IMG/VR virus record: IMGVR_UViG_3300024433_001307
Coordinates: 1,029 to 65,028 of that record
Direction: 5' to 3' (one strand)
DNA length: 64,000 bases
Source: a virus
Lineage: Duplodnaviria > Caudoviricetes
Shown: in pieces, positions 1 to 8,823 of the stretch
Layout: the number at the start of each line of letters is the position of its first letter
Numbering within the stretch: the stretch's first letter is position 1
Translations under genes and position numbers: made by a program
The notes under the pieces: generated by a model
What the model was told of the DNA's origin: nothing
What the model saw: the letters and a program-made list of their open reading frames with translations, nothing else
The model's database searches: none

Positions 1-1062
1 AGCATCTTCGATTTCGTTCCATACATCACTGACAATTTCTCTCAAATCCATTTCCAGTTCATTTTCTTCTATATGTCTTATCAGATTTTCTTTTGTACTC
101 TTGAAATCAAATTCTTTTGCTTTTATTATTTTGCCTCTTTGTTCCCAGGCTTCCTCCTCAATCAAATAATCAACACAGGAACCAATATCATCTATTCCAA
201 AGGAATGATATATGGATATATATATTATTCTTTCCTTCCCTGTTATTCGATTCTTCTTTACTTCTATTTTACACTTGACTCCCAATTGTCTTTTTTTACC
301 TTTAATGGTTTTTGATATTCTGCTCCTTACAGATGACCACATTTCTATCGTTGCATAAAATCTTAGAGCATGACCCCCCGACCGAGTTTTCTTTTCAAAA
401 CCAAACCCTCCTATTTTATCTCTTGTTTGATTTATAATAATGAGAATGGAACCTGTTTTGCGGAGTGGTGTCAATATCCTCCTCAATTTCATGGAATTCT
501 CTTTGGCTTTGCTGACACCATAACTGCCAGCGGCATCCTTTCCTTTTCGATAAGCAGATTTTGCTTCATCAAATTTATCAGCCTCATCCTTGGAACTCAA
601 ACTGTCCATAGAATCCAAAATGTAAATGAAGGGTCTATTCTTTCGAATAGCATCATCCACATGGTAGTAAAATTCTTCGATAGTTGAGGAGTAAATCGGG
701 GCTTCTGGTCCTGATTGAGCAAAAGCTCTTCCAGGAGGTTCCATTCTCTTTGCTAATTTGTCACCAAAGAATTTGGCGACATCCATCATTGCTCCATCTT
801 CACTGTTATCATAGATAAATCTGTAATCATCGAAATTAGAATTGATACTTGCCTCAGCCAAACAGGTAAGTGATAAGAATGTTTTACCACTTATTGAATC
901 ACCAACAATGAAATAATACTTGCCTTTGGCAAATCCACAATTAGGTTTACCAGTGCAGGCAAGATTGAGAAGTGTACTACCTGTGCTTAAAAAATCTTTG
1001 ATTGTTAATCTTTTACTTTTTCTTTTCTTTTTAGGCATTTTTTTAATTTCTTTTGTTTTCAT
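1..1062 (-). CDS. recA: RecA/UvsX-like recombinase (runs off the window edge)
   Basis: Not in the ORF track because it is truncated. Hand translation from ATG 1062 gives FLSTGSTLLNLAC, Walker A GDSISGKT, Walker B YILDSMD, IIINQTRD and SGGHALRFYA, all RecA hallmarks. Confidence 0.9.
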   Translation of the reverse strand, partial: MKTKEIKKMPKKKRKSKRLTIKDFLSTGSTLLNLACTGKPNCGFAKGKYYFIVGDSISGKTFLSLTCLAEASINSNFDDYRFIYDNSEDGAMMDVAKFFGDKLAKRMEPPGRAFAQSGPEAPIYSSTIEEFYYHVDDAIRKNRPFIYILDSMDSLSSKDEADKFDEAKSAYRKGKDAAGSYGVSKAKENSMKLRRILTPLRKTGSILIIINQTRDKIGGFGFEKKTRSGGHALRFYATIEMWSSVRSRISKTIKGKKRQLGVKCKIEVKKNRITGKERIIYISIYHSFGIDDIGSCVDYLIEEEAWEQRGKIIKAKEFDFKSTKENLIRHIEENELEMDLREIVSDVWNEIEDA

Positions 1063-1065
1063 ATT

Positions 1066-1108
1066 ATAAAAACAATCAGGGGCCGTGTAAGTGAGCGACC
1101 CCTAATTG
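1066..1108 (-). terminator. Intrinsic terminator or attenuator between SSB and recA
   Basis: Minus strand CAATTAGGGGTCG-10 nt loop-CGGCCCCTGATTG (13 bp, two G-U pairs) followed by TTTTTAT. Confidence 0.65.
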
Positions 1109-1127
1109 CGGAGGGGAGAAAAACTCG

Positions 1128-2180
1128 TTACCGTCTTTTTTTCTTAGATGATTTTTTCCGTTTCTTTTTCTTCTTTTTTCTCGGTTCTTCTTCCTCTTCC
1201 TCTTCTTCCTCATTTTCATCCCAGTTGTCATCGTCCCAATTGTCCTCATCCTCATCCTCGTCCTCTTCTTCTTTTTTCCGCTTCTTTTTCTTCTTTTTTC
1301 TCGGTTCTTCTTCCTCTTCCTCTTCTTCCTCATTTTCTTCCTCATCTTCTCCCTCATCCTCGTCCTCTTCTTCTTTTTTCCGCTTCTTTTTCTTCTTCTT
1401 CTTTTTCTTCGGTTCTTCGTCCTCCTCCTCTTCCTCTTCCTCGCCGGCCAATAGGAGTTCTTTTAACTCATCATAGTCTTTTATGATAAGCAAATCATCC
1501 AAACAATGCGAATCCTCCAGGATATCTTCCTCCAAATCTTCTTTTCTCGATTTGAAGTCGATTCTTTCTACGGAGAATCCTTTGCCTTGCCAGCCTTTCT
1601 CCACCACGAGCTTGAGGTAAGAACCGTCTATCAAGTCGCAGAAATTATCCATGTTGTCATCATCATCCTCATAGCTGCTTTCCAAAGCTTCGTCCATTGC
1701 CCGACCAAAGTAATTATGACTGATGTCCCATATCTTGATGATTCTCTCGTCGTCTGTCATATCAACCACATTCATCAGCATTCTTTTACTTGGTCTTAGT
1801 GCCCTTATGGTTTCTTCATCCGCTTCCGGGTCCTTTTGTAGTTTGGCTATGAATTCGCAGATAGGACATTTCTTTTTGGCTGTTCGTGCTGGACAGACAA
1901 TCCATTCTTGTTCTGGTCCTACGCCGCGGTGAATGTAATATGTTCTCTCCCAATATAATTCACCTGCATCGGCCTTAGGATTTCCCTCACCTACCTCGTA
2001 GGGTATTAGGTCCACCCGAATGGATTTAGTAGATTTGAGTTCGAAACGGTCTGTATCTTCCGGCAGTTCAAAACAGGAAGGTGCCATACCTCTTTCCGCT
2101 TCTTCTCTCCTACGTCTTGTTGCTCCTGCTACGCTTCTCTTTTCCTTCTTCTTTTTCTTCTTCTTTCTCGAGCTTGCCAT
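1128..2180 (-). CDS. T4 gp32-like single-stranded DNA-binding protein with a long alternating acidic/basic tail
   Basis: YYIHRGVG...CPART...CPIC zinc motif and NVVD...IKIWD match phage gp32-type SSBs. It lies between a UvsY-like gene and recA. Confidence 0.75.
   Translation of the reverse strand: MASSRKKKKKKKEKRSVAGATRRRREEAERGMAPSCFELPEDTDRFELKSTKSIRVDLIPYEVGEGNPKADAGELYWERTYYIHRGVGPEQEWIVCPARTAKKKCPICEFIAKLQKDPEADEETIRALRPSKRMLMNVVDMTDDERIIKIWDISHNYFGRAMDEALESSYEDDDDNMDNFCDLIDGSYLKLVVEKGWQGKGFSVERIDFKSRKEDLEEDILEDSHCLDDLLIIKDYDELKELLLAGEEEEEEEDEEPKKKKKKKKKRKKEEEDEDEGEDEEENEEEEEEEEEPRKKKKKKRKKEEEDEDEDEDNWDDDNWDENEEEEEEEEEPRKKKKKKRKKSSKKKRR
1152..1410. repeat. Imperfect tandem direct repeats (about 105-120 bp period) encoding the SSB tail
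   Basis: ttttttccg(t/c)ttctttttcttcttttttctcggttcttcttcctcttcctcttcttcctcattttc occurs at about 1152 and 1272, with a third degenerate copy at about 1373. Confidence 0.85.
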
Positions 2181-2192
2181 TTCATGTTCTCC

Positions 2193-2327
2193 TTAACTTT
2201 CCTTATTCGATTTTTCCATATTTTCTTTAGCCCTATAATAGGCCACAGTTCCGAATTTCATACATAGATAAACCACTAATGGAAGTACGATGGTTGCAAT
2301 TATTATCACTATAATATCATTCAACAT
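2193..2327 (-). CDS. Small single-pass membrane protein
   Basis: MLNDIIVIIIATIVLPLVVYLCMKF hydrophobic segment; probable start overlaps the end of the upstream gene. Confidence 0.55.
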   Translation of the reverse strand: MLNDIIVIIIATIVLPLVVYLCMKFGTVAYYRAKENMEKSNKES

Positions 2328-2865
2328 CCTTGTCTCCCCTTCTTTTCCTCTTTTTACCCTTCTGCCCTCGCTGTCTTCGCTCCTTTGCTCTGCGTTGTTC
2401 CATTTCATCGACAACAGCTTTTGTATCTTCATCGGATGCTCTTGGAGTCGAGAAATAATTTTGTCCGTAAAGATAAACTAAATTTTCAAGTGCTTTCTTC
2501 CTATGTTCCATGGCAGAAACGGCCGCACCTATTATACCTACTTCATGTTTTATATTTAGGAATTCCTTTTCAGCAGCCTTATATTCGGGTTGAAGCATTA
2601 TGGTATTCTTTATCATTGTTTCGGTTGTTTTGGTTGGCAAATCATAACTCTCCGGATTTGCTCTTATATCTTTATCACATTCAGCATGTACGGTTTTCAA
2701 TTCGGAATTGGCTTCATCCAATGCTTCCCTGGCTTCTTCCAATCGAATGATGTAATCGAAAACCATTTTAGGTTGGTTAACCCATTCCTCATCCAATCGG
2801 GTCCTATCTGGTTTCAATAAATCAAATTCTTCATCTTCAGCAGTTAGACTTTTTTGTTTACTCAT
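2317..2865 (-). CDS. UvsY-like recombination mediator
   Basis: Helical coiled-coil protein with a TETMIKNTI...PEY...AMEHRKKAL pattern, next to SSB and RecA. Confidence 0.6.
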   Translation of the reverse strand: MSKQKSLTAEDEEFDLLKPDRTRLDEEWVNQPKMVFDYIIRLEEAREALDEANSELKTVHAECDKDIRANPESYDLPTKTTETMIKNTIMLQPEYKAAEKEFLNIKHEVGIIGAAVSAMEHRKKALENLVYLYGQNYFSTPRASDEDTKAVVDEMEQRRAKERRQRGQKGKKRKRRGDKDVE

Positions 2866-2920
2866 TTTTGTCTCCTTACATTATATTATCGTCAATTTCA
2901 AGCAAGACATTAGAGAATTT

Positions 2921-3841
2921 TTAAGTTTCTTCAATAATCTTGTAACAAGTAGCAACAAACCCAGCATATTTAGAATCAAAGAAATTATCTTCAAATGCTT
3001 GAACTATATCAAATGCTCGGCCACTTAATTTTTTTCCTCCTAATAAAACCTTCTTACAATAGGTTAAAATCATCCATCTTAATTGTTCCGGTTCATCCAT
3101 TTCCGTTTCTGTTAGTATTTTAGCCATTTCGGGCCATTTGGTTTTTGGATTCAATAAAGCTCTTACTATTTGAATTGCTTGTATTTCCATTGTCGTTTCT
3201 TCTATGGTATTGAGCATATCCTCTTCACCTTCTAAATCTATGATTTGATTTAGAAAGACAAGAATTTTACGAGCAGAACCATAACTATTTTCTACCATCT
3301 TATCAATAACATCTTTTGATATTTTTCTATGTTCTTTTTTGGCTGTATCAATAATCAATTTGATTAACAATTTTTTGGAAAGACTTTTGACGGTAATTTC
3401 AGTACATCTTGTTCTTATTGTTTTCAATAATTTTTGAGGTTCGGTGGTAGCCAACATGAAATAAACATGCTTCGGTGTATCCTCCAGCATTTTGAGAAAA
3501 GCATTTTGAGCATCGTTTGTTAATTTATGAGCTTCATCTATCAACCATATTCTGCATTTGCCACTTATAGGAACTTGTTGTATTCGTTGTCTTATCTTTC
3601 TTACCTCTTCTATACCTCGGACATCAGCACAATTCAATTCATTAAAATCATGTCTGCCACATCCTAATTCTCTTCTAAGTATTCTCGCCAAAGTGGTCTT
3701 ACCACAACCACTTGGTCCAGCAAATAATAACGCATGTGGTATCTTTTCTTTTTTTATCATAATCCTTAACGATTTGATGATATGGTCTTGACCTAATACT
3801 TCATCCAAAGTCTTTGGTCTATATTTTCTGTACAATTCCAT
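2921..3841 (-). CDS. dnaX: DNA polymerase III gamma/tau-like clamp loader ATPase
   Basis: LYRKYRPKTLDEVLGQ, GPSGCGKTT, IDEAHKL, QNAFLKMLED, TIRTRC. Confidence 0.93.
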   Translation of the reverse strand: MELYRKYRPKTLDEVLGQDHIIKSLRIMIKKEKIPHALLFAGPSGCGKTTLARILRRELGCGRHDFNELNCADVRGIEEVRKIRQRIQQVPISGKCRIWLIDEAHKLTNDAQNAFLKMLEDTPKHVYFMLATTEPQKLLKTIRTRCTEITVKSLSKKLLIKLIIDTAKKEHRKISKDVIDKMVENSYGSARKILVFLNQIIDLEGEEDMLNTIEETTMEIQAIQIVRALLNPKTKWPEMAKILTETEMDEPEQLRWMILTYCKKVLLGGKKLSGRAFDIVQAFEDNFFDSKYAGFVATCYKIIEET

Positions 3842-3851
3842 TATCTTTCTT

Positions 3852-4508
3852 TTATATAAGAGGTTTTGGTTTTCTTCTTTCTATTTCTATTCTCTTTCTT
3901 GTTATCTTACAATATTCTTCATTGATTTCTATTCCAATCCATTTTCTACCTTCTCGCTCTGCTGCTATAAGGGTTGAACCTGAACCACAAAATGGGTCAA
4001 GTATGGTATCACCAGGTTTTGAGAAATCTCTGATAATGGCGGCCATAAGTTTAATTGGTTTTTGTGTAGGATGATATCTCCTAAATTTTCCTGGATTACG
4101 ATAATCAGTATCTGCATTGACATATCCACCGTGCATAATTCTATATATTTTATAATAGCCTGATTTTTTACTTATCCAAGCAAGTTCAAAAGCAGAACCA
4201 ATCGCAGCATCTGCAATTGGTCTGACTCTTTTATCCCAACATAACCATCTTCCGCGAGTAGGTATTTGCAACCAAAAATTTTGGGCTCCAAATATAATCT
4301 TCAATTCTGGTCTATTAAAAAGAAAAGTGAAATCCATTATTTTCTTGTCGCCCTTCATTTCTCTTCTTTTTTTCTCTTTCTGTCTCGTGCCTTGAGTTTT
4401 TGTATAATCTATTCCGTAAGGAGGGTCTGTTAAAATTAAGGCAACAGGAGATATCTTTTTTAATATTCTTCTACAATCACCATGAATTATCTGATTGGAT
4501 AATTCCAT
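3852..4508 (-). CDS. DNA amino-methyltransferase (N6-A/N4-C, beta class)
   Basis: TDPPY precedes HPTQKP and LDPFCGSGST. Confidence 0.92.
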   Translation of the reverse strand: MELSNQIIHGDCRRILKKISPVALILTDPPYGIDYTKTQGTRQKEKKRREMKGDKKIMDFTFLFNRPELKIIFGAQNFWLQIPTRGRWLCWDKRVRPIADAAIGSAFELAWISKKSGYYKIYRIMHGGYVNADTDYRNPGKFRRYHPTQKPIKLMAAIIRDFSKPGDTILDPFCGSGSTLIAAEREGRKWIGIEINEEYCKITRKRIEIERRKPKPLI

Positions 4509-4710
4509 TAAAATGCTCCGTCAATTCTATTTCAAGTAATTCTTCTAATAAATCTAAAGCATCTTGTAATTGTGGTGAATAACCTTCCTTTGAACCTTCT
4601 TCAAAGTTTAATTTTGTTTCATCTGCTCTCCATTTGATATCTGTTGTCATCCACTCAAGTGATATTATGGTCCGTGTTATAATATCTTCATCAATTGATA
4701 TGAGATTCAT
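4477..4710 (-). CDS. Hypothetical protein
   Basis: 77-aa ORF overlapping both neighbours in the operon. Confidence 0.55.
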   Translation of the reverse strand: MNLISIDEDIITRTIISLEWMTTDIKWRADETKLNFEEGSKEGYSPQLQDALDLLEELLEIELTEHFNGIIQSDNSW

Positions 4711-6086
4711 ATTTTCACCTCTTCTTTACGATACCAACTCTTGCCTTCTGGAGCGACTTCTGTTTCAACAGTTAAGGGCACTATAATCCAATGCCAATGT
4801 TTTCTAATAAGTTCTGTCATTATATGTTTAGCCATTGATAGATAATCATCCAATTCCTTTTTGTGAATATCTCCAACTATACTATCATAAATTTCTCCAA
4901 CAATCAATGATTTCATTCTACTTTTAATCATCCATTGAACTATTTGAATTAAAGACCAAAGTAGAAAATGAAAGGAAGTTCCTTGTATTGGATAATTGAT
5001 TACGTTATTTCTTTCATAAAACCCTTCTATGTGAAAACCGGTTAACATATCAAATCCACCTGTTCTCAAATAACTTTCCCACCAATCCTTTTTCCATTGA
5101 TTATAGACTTTGAATTTTTTATTCCAAAATCTATATTCTACTTCTTGTATATGTCTTTCAAATGTATCTTTGACAGGTCTTTTATCCGGGTCACATCTAC
5201 CAAGTTTTCTAATACCTTGATTTTTCAAATGTTTTCTTAGATTGAGACCATCAACAGTTTTCAAATGTAACAGACCAATAGCCTCCCAAAGTGATTTGGA
5301 ACATTGAACATAATAATCCCCATAGAATTGAGGAAAGACAAACATATTCTTCCCACAGTAACGGATATCCTTATTCACCTGAGACCTTCGGAGCATATAG
5401 CATTGCATTGCCATATCTCTATGCAGGTCTTTTTTCTCTTTGATGTAGGTAATCATTCTTGGGTCTTTATGATAACAAACTGCTCCACAAATTTCTGCTC
5501 CACTATAATCTATCTCTGCAATGACATGGTTTTTTCTTGGTATAAAACATCTTCTAATCAATTTTGCTATTTCTGGAACTCTTACAGGAATGTTTTTGAA
5601 GTTTGGAGAATCTGATGAACCACGATATGTTCTTGCCAAATGTAAATTAAAGAAGGGATGAAGATATCCATCTACTGTCTCTCTTAATATACCTTTCAGA
5701 TAAGTATTTACAGCCTTTTTCAATCTCTCTATTCCGAGAAAATTTCTAACAAAATCCAAATCGATTTTTTCCAGTACATGAATATCTGTCTTAGGTCTTC
5801 CGGTCTTTGTAAATTCGACTGCAGGATAATCCATCACTGTAAATAGAACTTTACCAAGTTGTTGATGAGAACCTAAATTGGTTTTCTCACCATAAGTTCT
5901 TCTCCAGATTCTATATATTTTATCTTTTTTTATTTCTTCGGTTAATCGTTTGATTTTTCCATTTGTGCTTTTGATAGCATGATGAAGGTATCTCTCGTCT
6001 ATTCTCATCCCATTCGCTTCTATATGGGACAGAGCTATACCTCCATCATGAAGTAATTTATATGCTTGTTTGGTTGTTGGTCTCAT
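4707..6086 (-). CDS. polA: Family A DNA polymerase, polymerase domain only (split gene)
   Basis: RTYRGSSDSPNFKNIP, motif A EIDYSGAE, motif B RYCGKNMFVFPQFYG, NYPIQGT, motif C EIYDSIV; no exonuclease domain. Confidence 0.92.
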   Translation of the reverse strand: MRPTTKQAYKLLHDGGIALSHIEANGMRIDERYLHHAIKSTNGKIKRLTEEIKKDKIYRIWRRTYGEKTNLGSHQQLGKVLFTVMDYPAVEFTKTGRPKTDIHVLEKIDLDFVRNFLGIERLKKAVNTYLKGILRETVDGYLHPFFNLHLARTYRGSSDSPNFKNIPVRVPEIAKLIRRCFIPRKNHVIAEIDYSGAEICGAVCYHKDPRMITYIKEKKDLHRDMAMQCYMLRRSQVNKDIRYCGKNMFVFPQFYGDYYVQCSKSLWEAIGLLHLKTVDGLNLRKHLKNQGIRKLGRCDPDKRPVKDTFERHIQEVEYRFWNKKFKVYNQWKKDWWESYLRTGGFDMLTGFHIEGFYERNNVINYPIQGTSFHFLLWSLIQIVQWMIKSRMKSLIVGEIYDSIVGDIHKKELDDYLSMAKHIMTELIRKHWHWIIVPLTVETEVAPEGKSWYRKEEVKI

Positions 6087-6439
6087 CCTTCTGCTGCTTC
6101 TTTTTCCTTTTCATAATTCCTGTTCCGTTCATCTTTTATGGAGAATTGATTGGGATATCGTTCTTTAAGTTTTTTGATATTCATATCCATAATTTCTTCA
6201 AAAGTTATATCTAATTCATCACATATCAAACCCAAATACCAAAATAGGTCTCCGATTTCCTCAATCAAATTCCATCTATCAATTTGTCTCTTATAGAATA
6301 AAGATTTTTTAATTATATCTGCCAACTCTCCGGCTTCTGTACATACCCCAATAGAGGCATGAAGAATACGTTTGTTTATCATATCGAAATTTGGGGATTC
6401 GCTCCGTCTTACATTTTTCATATATTCTATTGAATTCAT
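6083..6439 (-). CDS. mazG: MazG-like NTP pyrophosphohydrolase
   Basis: GVCTEAGELADIIKK...EEIGDLFWY...NIKKLKERYP. Confidence 0.9.
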   Translation of the reverse strand: MNSIEYMKNVRRSESPNFDMINKRILHASIGVCTEAGELADIIKKSLFYKRQIDRWNLIEEIGDLFWYLGLICDELDITFEEIMDMNIKKLKERYPNQFSIKDERNRNYEKEKEAAEG

Positions 6440-7626
6440 TTCAATATCTCCACTTGTTTCATCGCTACTTTGAATTCCATTAGTGAATCCAAACCACCGT
6501 ATTCTAACAAATCTCTGATATCTATTTCATCAATTCTGTTAATTCCATTCTTTGTGTCTTCCAAGAATGGTTCGATATGATTATTATAACTTTCCTGTCC
6601 TAAGAGAACGAATGCTTGGAACTTGATACTTGTGACACCAGGATTATTATTTATGACATGAGCTGCTAACATCGTATCCCAATACCATCTTCTTACATTG
6701 AATCCTAATTTGGCTCTTGTCCATCTATCCTCAAATTTTATATTGGAGGCTATTTTTGGAATATCGGTCTTCAATAATTCAGCAGTGGCGTCTACAGCAT
6801 CTCCCACCCAAGGATATGATATTGTTTTTTTATCATTCCAACAGACTGAACAAGATACAATTTTGGAATCTTCTCTTTCCGGTTTCAATGTATTGGTTTC
6901 ATAATCAAATGAGATATACCCTTTTTGTTTAGATATATGTCTAATGATTTTTGCTGCTCGGGATGGACTGACTATTATTTCTATTTGGTCTTTATATGAT
7001 GGCACTACTTTCCAAGGTTTGGATTTGATTTTTGATATAGCCATCTTCAAATGTCTTTTGAATATTCTACGCAATACTCGACTATTCTTTCTTAAAATGT
7101 GGGATGGATGATATGTAGGAATTATCCAAGCATTAGGATTTCTACATGGAATGCAGTAATCTCCCCATCTGCTTATCGAACCTACATCAGCATTATATAC
7201 AATACCTAAGAGCGATTGCACAGCCACACCACCTAATAAAATGATGACATTTGGATTATATTTTTCAACGGTTTTCATAAGGTTTGGTCTGCAAGCTTCT
7301 ATCATCTCATCGGTAGGTGTTTTGTTTCCTTTTCTTCTACATATTACGGCATTGGTTTTCCAACAATCTATGTCCAAATCTATATCCAAAGTTCTTAAAC
7401 ATCGTCTAAAGTATTGTCCTGTCCTACCTATCAATTGAGTATTCTGTCTATCCTCTTCTTCTCCAGGAGCTTCAGCTATAACCAATATCTTTTTCTTACC
7501 CTTACCTGTTGGTGGCATCTTTGGAGATTTACAATGTCTATATAATTTACATAGACCGCATTTGGGTATGCGAGATATTTTTTGTGTGTTATATAATCTG
7601 GAAGATGAAAAGAATCCTTCACTCAT
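6436..7626 (-). CDS. Family-4-like uracil-DNA glycosylase fused to a 3'-5' exonuclease (N-terminal half of the split PolA)
   Basis: CxxC...AEAPGEEED...TNAVIC...C...YHPS is UDG-4-like with an Fe-S motif. FDYET...NIKFE...DTMLAAH...YGGLD is a DnaQ-like exonuclease. Confidence 0.88.
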   Translation of the reverse strand: MSEGFFSSSRLYNTQKISRIPKCGLCKLYRHCKSPKMPPTGKGKKKILVIAEAPGEEEDRQNTQLIGRTGQYFRRCLRTLDIDLDIDCWKTNAVICRRKGNKTPTDEMIEACRPNLMKTVEKYNPNVIILLGGVAVQSLLGIVYNADVGSISRWGDYCIPCRNPNAWIIPTYHPSHILRKNSRVLRRIFKRHLKMAISKIKSKPWKVVPSYKDQIEIIVSPSRAAKIIRHISKQKGYISFDYETNTLKPEREDSKIVSCSVCWNDKKTISYPWVGDAVDATAELLKTDIPKIASNIKFEDRWTRAKLGFNVRRWYWDTMLAAHVINNNPGVTSIKFQAFVLLGQESYNNHIEPFLEDTKNGINRIDEIDIRDLLEYGGLDSLMEFKVAMKQVEILK

Positions 7627-7627
7627 T

Positions 7628-8647
7628 TTATTCTTCCTTTATTGCACCCAGAGCGGTTACATATACGAATTTTCCTGCTTTGACTTTTAGACGATTTTTG
7701 GTTAATATACATTTATTATGACGTTGTACTAATTCGGAGAGAAGATTGGGAGCTATGGTAAAAGTGGAAGGTTTGTCATCATATTTTATTCTTTTAATTT
7801 CGCTGAACCATCCCGAAACACCTCTTCCTGTTATTTTGAATTTATTTTCTCGAAGATTTACTTTGATTCTATTATCATCTGCATTCTCAATGGAGAATAT
7901 TTCTGCTCTTTCTATGATTTTTTCAATTCCCTTTGGTAAGATAATATCAATACCTTTAGCGATTTTCAATATGGATGATAGGTCAGGATATTTTCCTGTG
8001 AAACGACGACAACCTAAAACAAGACCGTCTCGATTTCTAAAATGTATCCAAGATTTTGTTTCACCAAATTCTATCATGTTTAATGAAACAATATGTCTTA
8101 ATGATTGTTTTCTAATAAGGATTGGTTTTTCTATTTTCATTTTTATTTCATAACGGGCAGCTTGATAATTGTCACAGGCTTCTATCCATTTGGAATCCAA
8201 ATGTATGCAGGTCATTGCAAATTGGGATTCATCTCTCCCTGCACATTCTTGAACCATAGAGACGGCATCAGCAAAGTTTTTAGATAATGGTTTCCATTTC
8301 TTTGGTTTCTTTACGGTTTGTATTGGAAGACGAATTTTTTCTTCCACTCTGATACCTATACGTTTTGATTTTCCTTTAATCAATAATTCTCCTTTATCTT
8401 CGAATTCCGGTGTTACCTCTATCATTCTCTCCCGGAGTTTACGAAGTATAGATATGAGAGGTAGAGCTGGAACCGCTGCCTCAATATGAAGAAGAGAATC
8501 TTGGATGCAAATTATCTCATCATTATAGGTCATCACCTTTCCGTTTTTGAATATGAAACAGGATGATTGTTCTATAATTTCAAGTGGAGATAATCCTGGA
8601 AGAACCAATTCCAATTGTGTCAAAAACTTTTCTCTATCAATTTTCAT
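7628..8647 (-). CDS. dnaN: DNA polymerase sliding clamp (beta-clamp-like)
   Basis: 339 aa with a MKIDREKF start and CIHLD...EACDNYQAA...GKYPD resembling the beta clamp; a clamp loader is nearby. Confidence 0.7.
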   Translation of the reverse strand: MKIDREKFLTQLELVLPGLSPLEIIEQSSCFIFKNGKVMTYNDEIICIQDSLLHIEAAVPALPLISILRKLRERMIEVTPEFEDKGELLIKGKSKRIGIRVEEKIRLPIQTVKKPKKWKPLSKNFADAVSMVQECAGRDESQFAMTCIHLDSKWIEACDNYQAARYEIKMKIEKPILIRKQSLRHIVSLNMIEFGETKSWIHFRNRDGLVLGCRRFTGKYPDLSSILKIAKGIDIILPKGIEKIIERAEIFSIENADDNRIKVNLRENKFKITGRGVSGWFSEIKRIKYDDKPSTFTIAPNLLSELVQRHNKCILTKNRLKVKAGKFVYVTALGAIKEE

Positions 8648-8823
8648 CTTTTGGTTCCTTTTCTCTTTTTTCTCTTATCAAATTTCTTTTTATATTTTTC
8701 AAATCTTTGTAATGCCTCCGATTTTTTCTCACTGTAGAAATCACTATAGGATAACATGATGTCTGCATCAAAATCTTCTGGAGCCACATCTTTACTTCTC
8801 GAACCCGAGTAAAATAATATCAT
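8644..8823 (-). CDS. Small protein coupled to dpdA, possibly a detached TIM-barrel segment
   Basis: MILFYSG...IMLSY; its ATG overlaps the dpdA stop (ATGA). Confidence 0.5.
   Translation of the reverse strand: MILFYSGSRSKDVAPEDFDADIMLSYSDFYSEKKSEALQRFEKYKKKFDKRKKRKGTKR

Noticed and set aside
1076-1486. Arg/Lys-rich, Ser/Phe-rich and Pro/Leu-rich ORFs
   Set aside because: Alternative frames of the low-complexity SSB tail repeat.
6083-6439. Intron or intein interrupting polA
   Set aside because: The intervening DNA is entirely a mazG ORF with ATGA overlaps on both sides, leaving no room for a ribozyme core.
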